Assembly: GCF_009914755.1 (NCBI RefSeq)
Contig: NC_060938.1
Length of the DNA: 64,000 nt
Origin: the human T2T-CHM13v2.0 reference genome, Homo sapiens
Reading direction: 5' to 3' (one strand)
Made by a program: the position numbers and the translations under genes. Below the pieces are notes generated by a model that saw nothing but the letters and a program-made list of their open reading frames with translations, ran no database searches and was not told where the DNA came from. Shown one piece after another: positions 1 to 16,301 of this stretch (its first letter is position 1; each line of letters begins with the position of its first letter).

Positions 1-611
1 AGGGATTGGACAAGATGATGTCTAAGGCCTTTTCCAATTTTAGGGCACATAGATTCTATTCTGCCACTGGTGAGAAAGAGCATTATTTAGTCTAAACAGA
101 AGGTTCTCTGACATATATTGTTACAATATCTGAAATACCAAATGAATTTGGGGACTCTAGGGTTTGAAGGCCATAGCAAGCTCTTTGGGATGGCCTATAA
201 CATTTGTGATCAAGTTCTGCTGAGGCTGATACTTGGTCTAGGAAATCAGTCCTTTTCCACTCAGGAATGTACAAAGTGGCACCATGGTTGGTCTGCTACT
301 TAGAACCTTGCTTGGTCTTGCCCTCTTGGATCAGATGAACATAAGTGGCATCTGAACTGATGGTCACCCCTTCCCTCTGCCTCAAACTCCTCCCTTAAGA
401 AAGGTTAAGAATCTCCATGAAGACTTCCATGTCCTTTCCAGGTAGGAATCCCTTTTTCTCTGGCTACTATTCTAACTTAAATGCACCTATTGTTACACCA
501 TAATTATTCAAGTATCTTTTCTTATTTTAAACCATGAACATCTTCAGGGCAAGGATCACGTCTTGTTTATCTTTGTATCTAACACAAGTGCCTTCCACAA
601 GAAGAAATTCA

Positions 612-850
612 AATAACAGTAATAGTCCACATTTACAGAGTGTTTATTAAGTGGCAGCTACTGTATACACATCAACTTTTATCCCTTACACCCATCCTAT
701 GAAGCACTTACTATTATTATCATCACCATTTTACAGATGAAGCAACAATCATAAAGTTAAGTAACCTGTCCAAGGTTACACTCAGTAGACAGTGGCAGAG
801 CGAGAGTATGAACCCAAAGAGTCTGGTAACCGAGTCTGTACTATTAACTA
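612..850 (-). mobile_element. MIR SINE (decayed)
   Basis: MIR core in reverse orientation: 'ccattttacagatgaag...aagttaagtaacctgtccaaggttacac...gtggcagagc...gaaccc'. Confidence 0.75.
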
Positions 851-1489
851 TTACATGGTAGTTAATTATTGCATGATACCACCTTTCATTATGTTACTGT
901 CATATACTGTCACACAAATTATTCTCCCCTTCGTCTGAGACAAGGAATTTCTTCCTAACCTGGGCCTCCAGATGATATCTTAAGTTATATAAAGGAGAAT
1001 TGGGTTTTTTTAAATACAGTGTTAATTCCATTTGGGAAAGGTTAACCGAAACAAACAAACAAACAACAACAAAACCATGAGAAACAGACTTTTGAGTGTT
1101 TACTGCCAAGAGAAAAATGCCCACAAAGGCACACCTGCAGGCAACTTCTTCTATAATGGAAGTTTTCACAGAGTTGACAAGGATAAACAGGGTCTGGTGA
1201 CAATGTCAGCATCTGAGGTGCCTTAGCTAGTCTGGAATGGCCAGATGAGGGCATGGGTGGAGTCAGTACAGTCCGCACTAGAGGGGTATCAACCAACAAT
1301 TCCAGATCCAAACCTGGAAACAACTAACAAGCTCCACTCCAGCAGAGGGCTGAGTAGTGGCACAAACAAAAGTGTGTTTCACTAAGGAGCTAAGGCAGCA
1401 AGCTAACAAGAATAAAGGTCTTTTCTTATTTTTAAGAAGAATTATAAAGACTGAGATAAGAGAAATATTTCATTTCCCCCTTAACTCTG

Positions 1490-1823
1490 TGCTATGGAAT
1501 AAATGTAACAAATTCATGTTAAAATCCTAGCCCCTTTAAAAAAAAAATCCTAGCCCCCAGTGTGACGGTATTAGGAGGTAGGGCCTTGGGCAGGTAATTT
1601 AGGTAATGCAGGGTCCTGATGAATGGCATTAGTGTCCTCAGAAAAGAGAACACAAAGAAGGCTCTAGTCCTCCCTCCAGAGGAGTGCCCACACCAGAATC
1701 CGATCATGCTGACACTGTGATCTCAGATTTACAGCCTCCAGAACTGTAAGAAATAAATTTCTATTATTTATAAGCCATCCAGTCTATGGTATTTTATTAT
1801 AGCAGAATGAAATGACTAAGGCA
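1490..1823 (+). mobile_element. MaLR LTR, MLT1A-like
   Basis: Starts 'tgctatgg'; has the typical MLT1 3' block 'cctccagaactgtaagaaataaatttct...tttataagcca..cagtctatggtattttattatagcag...gactaaggca'. Confidence 0.8.
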
Positions 1824-1833
1824 CTCTACTCTC

Positions 1834-1882
<49 letters not shown>
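1834..1882. repeat. (TAA)n microsatellite
   Basis: About 16 perfect TAA units, seen directly. Confidence 0.97.
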
Positions 1883-1884
<2 letters not shown>

Positions 1885-1949
1885 TGTAACCCAAGAGAAG
1901 TAGGGCATGGTGGAAACTGTAAAGAATTAAAAGGAGAAGTTGAAACACT

Positions 1950-2162
1950 CATCCAGGAATTGGTTGCCAAATGTTTCAATTTTTCATGGGAAGTAAAAAA
2001 TCCAGATTTTAATGTGAAATATTCCAATTTTTACAACATTAGTTATTGATTCCATTAAACACCACACACACACACACACACACAATGCAAATAAACCCTG
2101 GATGTACCAAATAAAACATAACTGCAAGTCAGATTTGGCCCACTGCCCATCTTTGCAACCTC
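1950..2162. mobile_element. hAT-Charlie DNA transposon fragment (MER33-like) with internal (CA)n
   Basis: 'aaaatccagattttaatgtgaaat...' and terminal 'gatttggccc...tttgcaacctc' resemble the MER33 family; (CA)n at ~2063-2083. Confidence 0.45.
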
Positions 2163-4339
2163 GGAAGACAGGCTCCAAGTTCTCCAACACTTAGAAAACA
2201 AAAACAACTACATGGGCAAACATGGTTACTTGTAGTCAGAAATTTTTAAAAAGAGTATTATTTAAAAACTAGACAAGGTGAGGAGAAGCAAAGGGAAAAG
2301 CAGGGGAGAGCCCGGAAGCCAGTGGGTTAAGATGATGGTACCAGAAATCCAAACCACAAATGTTTGGATTTGAACATCCAGGGGACGTTCTGCCCAATAG
2401 AGCTGCCCTTACTACTTCTTGCTATAAACTGAAGCTGGTAGTGGGTGGCTGTCCCAGGAATTACAGTTCTCACAGGAAGTGAATGCAGGTGGTTGGAAGA
2501 AAAAGCCCTCTCCCTGCAGGTGTGCTCTGATCCCTGCTGGAGCAAGGACAGTCCAGCTGGGATTCCAGGGAGATTCTTATGGTAACAGTCCCTGAACTTT
2601 CCATTGTAAATAGGAAGAACACCTCAGAGACTAGGAGGTTAAGCCCTCCTATATTTCAGAGCCCCCCTTGTCTGCCAAGCCTCCTCAAGTGTTCCACAAA
2701 TAAAGCACATTTTGCTATGACACCAACGAACAGCAACTGGTCCCAAGCAACAGCATTCAGGCTGATTCCTCAAATGTCAGTTTGCACAATCTGCCCTCTT
2801 TCTTGTAGACCACCCAGTCTTCTTGTAATGACTCTACCTTGTCTCATTTATTTTCTTCATGGCAACAGAGGCCCCAATTTCCTTAGTTAAATTTCATTTT
2901 CTCCCTTATGCAACTGCTGATTTATTTGTAATTCCCTGGCTCTCTATTAGTTAGCCAACATGATTTTTTCCCCTCTAGTCAGCTGAGAAATATAGTAGAA
3001 TTGATAAACTGTTACTGTTCTACTCTATTTAGAGAACAATGAGGAACAAAATAATAGGGAAAGAGAAAAAAAATCAAGTACAAAGAGATTAGAAGGGAAA
3101 AGAAACAAAAAAGGCAGATGCCACACACAGGTAGTTCATAGTTCATAGTGTCCTTTTCCCTGAGACAAGAAAACAGTCTTAATGAATTTACCCTATCATT
3201 TTGGTGCAGCCCATGTTATTGCATTATTATAATGAAAAACACATCAGAATATGTCTAGACACATGACATACTCCTGGTAGAGAGTTCCCTGCACTTCAAA
3301 AAATTGTGGTTCAATTTCCTTCTGGGAAATGCTCCAATGGCAACATTTCAGGTTCTTGAAAGGCTCTTCAGAATGACCGCCTAAGGGGAGGCCACCTCCA
3401 AAAGTAGACTTAAAGCATCAGGGCACTGTAAGGGCTGGCAGAGCTTTCCATGGGAAAATGGTCCAAACAGTATGGCCCCCCTGTAGAAACCCCACATACA
3501 ATAATCCACTGATAGGTTCTGCTACATGCAGAGTAGCTGTGGCAGTCTAAATAAAACACTGAAAAGAACCTGTAAACAGAAGAGAAGTAATAAAATACTT
3601 TGTTTTGGGGATTCTTTCATTTTAACTACATATGGATTAAGCAAATCCAATTGGTATAACTTTCACCAATGTGTTGATTTAAACCAAATTCTACAGGCAT
3701 TGGAAGTCAGGAAAGGAAAATCATACCACATCCCCATGGTACTTTACCTATTATAGGGTAAATGATGCTATGCCTGTGTTCTCACAGAAGAGTTGTGAGA
3801 AGAATAAGTCCTAAACTGCAGGCATCATGCTGAGATTGTAATTCTAGCTGTGCCACTCAGACTCAAATCTCTAAATGCAAACCACGTAACCTCCACTCAT
3901 ATATTCGCAAAATAATTTTTTTTTTAAAAAAAGAACTCTCTATTTAATCCAACTCCTAGAAACCTCTGAAATTTTATCACATGAAGAGCAGTATGAGTAG
4001 AAGACTTGAGAGGTATTCAGATGCTCGCTGTTTGCACTCCAGGTCAACAAGTATTTGCAGGTGGCTATACACTTCAGTGTATAACCAGGAACATAAATAG
4101 ATCAACAGCTTGTCAGGGTGAACACTAAAGTCAAGGAGCCAACCATCAAGATCGGGACAGGGGAGTGACCCTTGGGAAATAAGAAGCATAACAATCAGTT
4201 TAAAATACTGAAGGTTTAGATAAGTTATAGGGGTTTGATAAGTGGGCTGGTGTAATAGAGAGGCTATCTTAGCAGAAGTGAAACATTATTTAGGCCTTGA
4301 CTCTGGGTACCCTTGAACACACGGTACCTTGAACCCTGG

Positions 4340-4997
<658 letters not shown>

Positions 4998-5391
4998 CTA
5001 GAACAGGAAAACATTACTGCAAAAGCACAACTGAGGTGCATGTTGTGGAGGGAGGGTAAGGAGTAATAGTTACCGTGGATTTGTGAGCACTTCAGCTTGA
5101 CTGGCACTTACTGGAAAGGGGAAGTCAAATGAATCAGGTTACAAGAAGCCAAATTCTGAAGTCTGGAAAGCAGGCCTCCTGGAAGAAAAATCTCTCCCCA
5201 GAGAATTTGACCCTTGATCCCTTGATTCAACAGCTAACCCAAAAGATGTTGGCCTTGCCCTAAGGAGCAGCCCATGTGTTGCTAGACTCAAAACACAAAA
5301 TGATCCCACATAACAATTAGGCAGTAAACCGAAATGCAACCCAAACAAGACTTTTCCTGAAACCACCACCCCTTGTGCCATTGACTATCAC

Positions 5392-5932
5392 GATGATGGT
5401 TAATTTTAGGTGTAAATTTGACTGGCTTAAGGAATATCTAGATAACTGGTAAAGCATTACTTTCAGGTGTGTCTGTAAGGGTGTTTCCAGGAAAGATTGA
5501 TGGATGAGTCAGTGAACTGAGTGAGGAAGATTAACCCTCAATGTGAGCAGGTGCCATCTAATTAACTGGGAGCCCAGATAGAACAAAAAGACAGAGAAGA
5601 CAAATTATCTCTCCCTCCCTACTGGAATTAGGACACCCTTCTTCTCCTCCCTTGGACATCAGAACTCCAGGCTCTCCAAGACTTATACCAGTGGCCCCTT
5701 GGGTTCTCAGGCCTTTGGTCTGGGACTGAGAGTCAGACCATTGGCTTCCCTGAGGCATTCAGACTTGGGCTGAGCCAACTACCCATATCCCAGGGTCTCC
5801 AGCTTGCAGTTAGCCTATCGTGGGACTTCTCAGCCTTCATAATTGCATGAGCCAGTTGATAAATTCTCTTGTCTCTCTCTCTCTCTCTCTTTTTCTACCT
5901 TCTGTTGGTCTGTCTTGGGAGAACCCTAATAC
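5392..5932 (+). mobile_element. MLT2-family (ERVL) LTR
   Basis: Starts 'tgatggttaatttt..gtgt.aa.ttgactgg', ends 'gagaaccctaataca', with internal (CT)n; all typical of MLT2. Confidence 0.85.
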
Positions 5933-6714
5933 AGTCACCATCTACCTACTCCAGTTGTGGAGTTGGTTCAACTCTGTATTCTATCTGGATCCTCCTTCCT
6001 AGCCTGGATCCCCAAACAACTGTGAATTGTGAATTCACAACAGTCCAAATCTGCTTCTGTTTGGATACACAAACCAGACTGTACCCCTTCAGGACTCACA
6101 GTTATTCTATCATTTTTGCTACCACCATCACCAACACCCCATTCTATGAATTAACTCATTTGTGTCTCTCAATTGGTTTACTGTACTGCTCATTCTGTCC
6201 CTTATCCTATTTCACTTCCAGGTTGACAAAAACTCTTGTCCAAAAATAATTATTAGACACCTATGAGACAGACACTGTAGTAAGCACTAGGGACATAAAG
6301 ACAAGGCATGCATATTCTCAAAAGAGTATAGAACATTGGGAAGGCAGATCTGCTTTCATCCCTTCCTTTGACACACATCTGTTAAGGGCCTAATATATGC
6401 CAGCTACTCTACCAAACCCCCAGGATACAAAAGTAAATAAGACACATTACCTGCTCTTAAGGAACTTATGGTCTATTTGGAAAAGACTGACAGGAAAACA
6501 AAACAAACAAACCATACAATGAAGTGAAATACAGTATATATGTATATGCTGGGACCAACTGGAGTAGGAATAATCTATGGTACTTTGGGGAAAGGATTTG
6601 TTCAGAGAAGCCTTTATGGATGAGGTGACACTTGAGATTTGAAAGCTGAGGAGTGTGTGAGGGGTACAGAAGAACCCTGAATGCAGAGATTATACTGTGA
6701 CAAAACATGGTAGC

Positions 6715-9110
6715 CTAGGTTATTCAGATCAGACTTCCCACTGAAAACAACAATATTGGATAAGGTACAAAAGCATCTTCTTAAAATAATAAAAAGCTGA
6801 CAAGAAAGTATTTTAACCAGGCTAAAATCTAAGTGAAGCAGGAGCTCAGGGAGGTGAACCGAGCTCTGGAGATTATTTTGGCTCAAGACATCTGTCAATT
6901 GTAGACCTCTCAGGCTGAGAAGAAACCAACATCAAAGCTCAGTTCATGCAGGTGAGGAGACAAATTGAAGTGCTTCTCTATATTAAACTGTTTCCCCAAA
7001 GGGTTACACCCTCAGGGAAAGGGCAAATTAGAAGTCCTACTCCATTCCATTCCCAACACCAGGGGACTTAAGGAAATTTGTCTATTGCTGAGCAGATTAA
7101 GGAGGAATGTCCCTGAGAAGTTGTAACTAAAAGGTGGTCCTTGAGCCAATGTGCAGACTGAATTTACATCACTTAAAGAAGGGTACATTCAAACACTTCA
7201 GATATTGAATCATTAGACATATATGGTAAAACAATTATGCATACTATATTTAAAGATAGAAATAAAAAGTGGGATAAAATTTAAGAGGAAAAAAATTAAC
7301 AAAATGTGCCTTAGCAGATTTGAAAGGAATTGAACACTCTTTTGAATTGAGAAATAAAACTAATTTGAAACGAATGGTTTTTACAATGATTGTAGTAAAG
7401 ATTAAATTTAATCAGGCAAGGATCATCAGTGAATGCCAAATCTGAGGGAAAATTTGTATAAGGAGCGGGATATTCGTATAATCTTAAAGTGCGAACCCAC
7501 AAGCTGCTTATTAGTTTCAAGAGAGGAGAGGAAAAGAAATTAGATGGTGGAGAAATCAGGTAACTTAACCGATTCATCAGAATTGGTATCCACACTTCCA
7601 GATATGACACTCGGAGAAAAATACAGTATCAAAAAGGCTGTCTTCTTGCCAAAAATGTGTAACTTGAATCTAATCATAAGGGAACATCACACAAACCCCC
7701 TATTAGGAATATTCTATTTCTAAAAGGTAAGAGTGGGGATTTTGGTCTTTCAAAAGGTAAATGCCATGAAAGACTAAATAAGGCTAAGAAAATGCTCCAG
7801 ATTTAAAAAGGCTTCAAAGACATGACAACTAAATGCAATACCTGACTCTACACTGCACATGGCACTGGAGAGGAATAAAATGATATCGAGGACATCACTG
7901 AGTCAACTGAAAAAATGGATTATGTGAACAGATGAAATAAAAAGCATTGTACTAATACTTTTTAAGTGGTAAATTAAAATTTACCATGCAAAAAGTATTT
8001 ACATTCATACTTGTACTGTAGCTATATGAAAATATCCTTACTCTTCAGAAATAAACACTGCAGTACTCAGGGGTTAAGGACCATGATGTATGTAATTTAC
8101 AACAAATGGTTCATAAAAAAGTACACATATAAATATTTCATTTAAAAAGTATATGTGTGTATATACATGTATATATAAGTATGTATATTTACATTTAAAA
8201 TTATATACACATGGAGAGAGAGAGAAGGACAGAGAACAAACAATAAAGATAAAGGCATAAAATATTGATAATAGATGTACCTGAATAATAAGTTTAGAAG
8301 TATTCTTTGTACTGTTTTACTTTTTCAACTTATCTAGAAGTTTTAAATGTTTAAAATTATTTTCAGATAAAAAGAAAACAAAAGACCTGAATGAATGGAT
8401 TCAACAACAATCTAGACATAGATGAGGGAAAATACTAGCACTCTAAAAAATGGGGCAGAAGAAATTATCCAGAATACAGTACAGTGGGGAAAAAAATGTA
8501 AATACGAAAGAGAGATTAGGCTTAATGGGCTAAGGAGTAACATATATTTAACTAGAGTTCCAGAAGAAGAGAAGAAAAATAATGGGGAAGCAGGAGGGGC
8601 AAAATTTGAAGAACTAACCATTTTTTAGAACTACTAAAATATAACAATCGCAAATTTATGAATCCCAGTGAATTTTGAATAGGCAAATAAAATGAAATGA
8701 ACCTGTAGTAACATCAGAGTAAAACTGCATTACTCCAAAAAATGAAGTAAAAGCAGCCAGAAGTAAAGGACAGATTATTCCTAAAGAGCATCAGTTTGAC
8801 AGCTGACTTCACAAAAACAACAGCAAAAGCCAAAAGATGCTGTGAAATTATATACATAGGTATTAAATGTACTGAGAGACAATAACTGCCAACCTTGAAT
8901 TCTGTACCCAGAAAATGCATCCTTATTATAAGCATGTTTTCAGACAAATAAAGAGATTTTTTTTCTATCATCGGACCCTGACAAAATGGATTCCAAAAGG
9001 ATATACTACAAGCGGAAGGAAAGTGATCCCAGATGGAAAATCTGAGATGCAAGAAGTAATGACAAGCAAAAAAAGCAGTAAATATATGAGAGGACTCCAT
9101 GAACAAAAGT
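6715..9110 (+). mobile_element. Old L1 (L1M) fragments: 5' region, nested 3'-end piece (~7440-8370) and ORF1 remnant (~8390-9110)
   Basis: ORF 8422-8628 gives 'LRSNIYLTRVPEEE...KFEELT', resembling the L1 ORF1p 'R.NI.I.GVPEEE' motif; L1MC-like 3' UTR text at 7440-8370. Confidence 0.7.
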
Positions 9111-9397
9111 ATGGAGGCAGAAAATAGTCTAGTGTGTTCAGGGAATTGCCAGCAGCTTGGCTGTAGATTGGTGAAGCAGAGAGTTAGTCTTTCAACTCTA
9201 TCAAATACAAATCCTATCAGTAAAAACTAAAATTAAGCATGTGCTCAGAATACATGTAGATTTACTTATTTATGAAAATATTATGTATATTATAAAATGT
9301 GCACAAAAATAATTTAAAAGGATAGGATTAAGAACAAAATATAAATAGAACTTCTGATATCTTCTTCCCGTATTCTAAGTGATTCTATTACAAAATT

Positions 9398-9553
9398 AGG
9401 AGTCAGCAAACTATGGCCTGCAGGCCAAATCTAGCCCACCATCTGTTTTGTCCTACAACAGCAAAGCTGGATAGTGGTGGCACAGATGTATAGCCCATGA
9501 AGTCTAAAATATTTACTATCTGGTTCTTTACAGGAAACGTTTGCCAACCCCCG
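9398..9553 (+). mobile_element. MER58A-like hAT DNA transposon (internally deleted)
   Basis: Termini 'aggagtcagcaaactatggcc..ggccaaatc' and 'aaaatatttactatctgg..tttacag..gtttgccaaccccc'. Confidence 0.8.
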
Positions 9554-10349
9554 GACTTGAACACAGGCCGCGACAGCAGAGTCAGGGTTCATAGTCACCA
9601 CATTGTGGACTTGTCCATCATACCGGGAATAAGGAGCTCCGAAGGATTTTAAGCAGGAGAAAGGTCATTCTGGCAGCCACATGGTAAATGGAACAGAAGA
9701 AAGATGCCTGATGAAAGGGAAGCCAACTAGGAGATATTTTGTGACAGTGATTAAAGTGCTTTTCCTCTCTGACACCAGGTTCTCTGTCTATAAAATGGGT
9801 GTGATAATTCACACAAAGTTCTCTGTGGGTCAGAGGAAAGAGTGTCTTAACTGTGAAAGCACTATAACAATTCAAGGTATGATGATTTTTTTTGCAGTAG
9901 ATTTTCATTAAATGAATGTTTTGGAAAGAGTTATATGTGTTTTGCTGTAATTTTGGTTGTATTCTTTGACATTAACACATTTTGTATAATTGCATCACAT
10001 AGCTATACTGAACCCATTTAGTATCAAAATTTAATGCAATGTAATTTTGTAAATTGATTTAAATCTATTTTAGTCACTTGTCTGGAAAAACATTGCTAGA
10101 TGCTAATAATTCAGTGCAAATTCTTTGCTTACTTGCTTACAAAGGGTAGTACTCAATTGAAGAATGTATTTATACAAATTGACTTATTAACACCTGATAT
10201 GTACATCCCATGTAACAGGCATAAAGATCATAAAGAAATAATATGGCAGAAAAAGATCTATGAGCACAATCATATTTTCTTTCAATTCTTGAGACTCCCC
10301 AAACATTATAAGCTAAAAAAAGCAATTTTTCTCTTTAAAAAGACAACTT

Positions 10350-10650
<301 letters not shown>

Positions 10651-13349
10651 TTAAGGTACTTCTCTTATTACTGTTTATGACACTGAAACATACGACCATA
10701 TTAGTTGATTCTTTTTCAGATTCAGGGGTGTGGTTTTCAAGAGCACCCATCTGCACCCACCATCTCATAAGATAAATTACTGAGAGTATAACATGGTTGT
10801 GATAAATTATAGAGTATCTGTGGCAACAGTAGATTATGCCCTCATGATATTTATGTCTCTATCCTTGATGTGTGTACAAATATGTGTTTAGGAACATATG
10901 CGTAGACATCCTTTAAAAACATGCCAGCATATTGTGAAAGAAAAAATATATGATTATCATCAGAGAAGATAAAAGGTGAGAAACAGTACCACATGCATCC
11001 TAATAGAACTGCAGGCTGTTTTAATTTTAATCAGTTTCAGCCTTCTTCGTTGAAAACAGAAGTAAATCATGCAAGGAACTAATTCATACTGGGAGAGACA
11101 GCAAAGAATGCCAATAAAATTTATTTGTAAAAAAAATTACTACAAAAATATTTCTACCACATTTCCAGTTTTATTCTAAATAAAAGAATAGAGGCCCTTT
11201 TCCAGGAACATTTTAAAAGGAAATAGCTTAAAGGAAACTTTTATTTCTGCTTTTTATACAAATGGCTGGGTCTCATTTATTATGCATTAATTTGCAGACA
11301 AAACCCTGGTTCTCTGCTCAAGAAAAGGCTTGACACAAGCAACATGGTGGTCTATGAAAAAGAAGGCTATATGATCCCTAATTCTGCCTGTGTTCAACAC
11401 ACGCACATTACTGTTCACCCCACTGATAACAAAGATCAGATGTTCCTAGTGCACAAGTTACACTCTTTCACAGAAGCTCTCCATACCTGTGCCCTAGAAT
11501 TCACAGGCAGTTATTTCATTCATGTGTCTCCTTTTGGAACCTGGGTAATTTAACGAATCCAGGATCCAGGGTTTTGTTTTGTTCTTTACATTTTGGCAAC
11601 TGTATTACCATCCTAATCGGACTCTAATATATATCCTACCTATGCCCATTTACCTTCTTTGATGGGCACACCAAGAGACATATGACAGAGGAAGAGGTCT
11701 GATTTCCTTCAAGTGCTGTGGACATACTCCAAATTGTCATTGTTTCCTCAATCTGTTATCCATGAGCTTATCTAAACTTTTAGTAAACCTATTTATATTT
11801 TCAATCTGCATCACATCTTAGGATAATGCACTCCACAAGTTTCTATTCATTGTAGACCTCTTTTAAACTTCTGCAAATGCCCTAAGTCCTAGTATGCCAG
11901 GATTCAATAAATCAGAAAGCATAGTTTGTATGATATTATAAATTTTATTCACATCCCCTTTCTCAGTCTTCTTCCTTTGTCAATAGCCCCCCCTTTTGAT
12001 GCTACACTCAGAAAAAATATATTTAATGATTAATTCTCCAACTTAAGCTAATTATTATTCTTTTGTTCATGTTAGTTAACTTTCTCTGTACCCTCTCACT
12101 TTAATCATGTCTTCATTGAGGGCTGCTGACCAGAATTGCACATCATGTTCCTGGTGCAGGGCATTACAAGGTAAAAAGAGAGATTGTTTATTCTAAAACA
12201 ATTTCTAAGCAAGCCTGGAAGTGATTAAGATACTTGTGGAATCACCATATACACCGGAATGAAGAAGGGCTTTGGGTGAAATGGTGCTTGTCAGTGAAGA
12301 TAGGGTGCAGAGGTGAGAAGCGCTCTGCCCCTGTCAGGTTCACCTCATCTTAATCCTGGGCTGCTTTGCTCACTGGACAAGCTGTCACATCAGTTTCCCC
12401 GGGGGAAGGACTCATCACACAAGGTCCTGAAATACCGAGACTTTCTTTGAAAGCAGAATTTTCAAATAACTTTGCAAGACAAACTAAAGTACAGCAGCAA
12501 AAGGGAAAGGAGAAGACACTGGGCTATTTGTCCATTTATGCTGACATGAAGCCACATTCCAAAATGATTAGCCATTTGTAAAATATCCAATAGATCGTCA
12601 AGGGCATTAATCCTCTGGAAAGCTAATTCAGAAGGTTTCTTGGCAAGTATAGAATCAAAGCAAAGATGTATACATGGTATTGATGAAAATTTTTAAAAAT
12701 GTTAAATTAATCCCACTGCAGAATATAATACATCAGTGTTACTGCCAGACAACTTGTGTTCATCAGATACTATTTTTTAGAGACTGGAGCAATACTGGAT
12801 AAGCACTTATTAGTTATTAAATTCCAGTTCTCTTTTTTATGCAAACTCAATGAAGACATTCCTTTTCAATGAGTTTATAGAAAAGAAGACAAATGCCTGG
12901 CTCACATGCTGCCATTTTTCAATTCCTCTACCCATTAAAACCCCTATAAACAGAAGCAGCCCTGAGCTAGAAGGTAGCTTCAGAATATTTCTTAACACTA
13001 TGTTTTTGATAATCATTACAAATCAAATCTAGTTGAAAAATAAGACAAAATCTATTTGCTATATATTCAGTTAGAAAGCAATTAACTAGACTTCAACTTT
13101 CTTCAGTTATAGTCTAGATCCAGAGATACATTCTGGTTACTCAAGACAGACTAGAAAAACACCTGAATTGTATGTATAAGCATGCTTTCAAGATTCAATT
13201 TTTTAAACTACTCTGCATTTTGTCAAATCTAAGATGCAGTCATTCCTCAAATGCATCATCATTTGCATGTGCTGCTGAAGAAGAAAAATGCTACTAATTA
13301 GTTGGAAGGCCACAGTAAATGTTAAATATACCCTTATTCAGAGATGTTA

Positions 13350-13657
<308 letters not shown>

Positions 13658-13941
13658 GTGGAGGAAATACATCTTGAAATTTGTAAAACAGCATTTCCAT
13701 TCTCACTGTATTGTTCTTGAATCAATCTCAAATTCTGAGAGGACTCTGCATCCAGGGGCCATACTCTGATTTCCACAGAGCCTCAGGCTGTGCCAAAGGC
13801 AGCTTCAAATCAGTGAATGTTGGGAAACTGTATCTCTACCAGGTAGCCTCATACTCTAAAGTAGGGGATGTGCAGGGTCTTATGTGTGGGAAGGCTTCTG
13901 GTTGAGCACAAACCAAAGAGAGTCCTAAGAAGAATATTTTC

Positions 13942-14223
13942 AGCTGGGTGCAATGTCTCACGCCTGTAATCCCAGCACTTTGGGAGGCCAAGGCCAAGGT
14001 CAGGAGTTCGAGACCAGCCTAGCTAACATGCTGTCTCTACTAAAAACACAAAACTTAGTTGGGCGTGGTGGTGCACACCTCTAGGCCCAGCTATTCCAGA
14101 GGCTGAGACAGAATTGCTTAAACCCAGATGGCAGAGGCTGCAGTGAGCTGAGATGGCGCCACTATACTCCAGCCTGGGCGGAGCAAGACTCTGTCTCAAA
14201 AATAAAAACAAAAAAGAAAAAAA
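13942..14223 (+). mobile_element. Alu with small internal deletions
   Basis: Dimer with a left-arm deletion ('ccaaggccaaggtcagg'); TSD-like aaga(a/g)aatattttc on both sides. Confidence 0.92.
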
Positions 14224-14471
14224 AGAAAAATATTTTCTAGAAATATCACTTAAAACAAGGAATCAGGAAACAATCTAGCAGGCTTAAAAGAACCGCTGGT
14301 TATGAAGTAGTCCTTTCAGCCACATATACATGTGTAGATAACATAGTCACCATCAGATATATCATCTTTAAATTCTAAAAATCAACAATAATAAAAGCTA
14401 TACACATTTATGTGACACATAGGTCCTGGGACAACGTGTCACTCTTTATCTTGGTTCCTAGATTCATCCAG

Positions 14472-15109
14472 TTGAAAGGGCTAAAATATTCTATTCTGGC
14501 ATATTGACTATTTAAGTTAAGAACACTTGAAAAAACAGCTAGTGCAAATAGATCACTTTGACCTTCACGCTGTTTCTCAAAAACAGAAGATGACATTTCC
14601 ATGTGACAGACACTCCTCCTATCCTAAGAATGAAAAGCAACATCCTTATCTTCAATGGTGAGTAGCTGAGACCAAGAGAATATTGTATAGACCTTGTTAG
14701 AATAACTCTTAGCTTTTAATCCTTCCTTAGTCACTTTTTCACAGTTCCCTATTCTTTTTCCAATCCACTATATAAGTAACTGACTCTAACTGCTTCTTTG
14801 GGTCATCATTTCTTTCTCTTTTATTCATTATATATCTATATATGCAATTTTTTGTAGAAACAGTGTCTTGCCTTGTTGTCCAGGCTGCTCCTGTCCTGGC
14901 TTCAAGCGATCCTTCCACCTCAGCCTCCCAAAGAGCTGGGATTACAGGCATGAGCCACTACAGCCTGCCTGGGTCTTCATTCTTTATGAGGACTCCTGTG
15001 CCAAGTAAAATCTGTATTATGCTTTTCTGCTATTAATCTATTTTATGTAATTTAACTCTCAGTCCCAACTGGGACCCTAAGGGAATGGAGGTGTTTTTCT
15101 GCCTCGACC
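14472..15109 (+). mobile_element. ERV1 LTR, MER34/MER39-group-like, containing an Alu monomer
   Basis: 'tgaaaggg..aaaatat...ggcatattgactatttaag.taa..acacttgaaaaaacag' resembles this LTR group; family assignment is uncertain. Confidence 0.5.
14847..14969 (-). mobile_element. Alu monomer (FLAM-like)
   Basis: Single reverse Alu arm 'cctcccaaagagctgggattacaggcatgagccac'. Confidence 0.85.
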
Positions 15110-15990
15110 ACCTCCAGCCTGCCCCTGCTACCCTGGACTTTCTCCTAGCATCGTTCCTGAAGCCAACAGGCCCTCTTGTCTTGTGTCCAGGTTAAATGCT
15201 CTGCCAGGCACTCTGGTATCAATTTAAGATCAAATGCTGACTTACCTATTTGGGCATAACCCAGGTTAGCCTCCTGCGATCCCACTGCTCCTTGATTGAT
15301 CAAGGAACTTAACCATTTTCGCATATTTCTGTACTCTTTGAACATATCTATAGTGTCCAAAATGCTTTCTGCCTTTCTTCTAGATCCAAAAAAAAAAAAT
15401 CATTTTGTGCATCTGAGAAAAAACATCCCTACAAAGCTCTAGAAAGAGGTCCAGAAATTCACCTTGTCAATTATATCTAGAACTAGTCTTCCTACCTCCC
15501 AGGAATGATGTTCGTCTCTGTTCAAATGGGTAAGGTAATATTTTACTTAAGAACAAAAGGAAAAAAGAAAGAGCTATTATTCCATACATACAACTTAATA
15601 TAAATGAACAAGTATCTTCAATCCTTTCTTTAGCAGTCAACAATAAAGCAAATCAACTGCAGTTAAAAAAAAAAAAAACCTCTGTTTTTATACAATAGTT
15701 TGCTTCTAATGATGTGGTACTATTCTACGGTTGAAACTGATGTTTTCTATATTTCACAACATACAACTTATACCACTATTGACTGAAAATGGGGCCACTC
15801 TTCCTTGATGGAATTAGAAATCATGATCCTCACTTATGTTAGACATTCTTCATTTGCCTCTCCAAATCCGCTCTTTTCTATTCTTTCAACCTGGCTCTGT
15901 TCCCAGAAGGCTGAATTCTAAGAACTTAATCAACTGTACTTCCTTTTGCTTTCTGGCTTCCTATTGGGTTTAGCCAATGGGAAGCACCTA

Positions 15991-16301
<311 letters not shown>

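Noticed and set aside
8422-9127. ORFs resembling a coiled-coil/RRM protein
   Set aside because: Degenerate L1 ORF1 remnant with frameshifts and stops.
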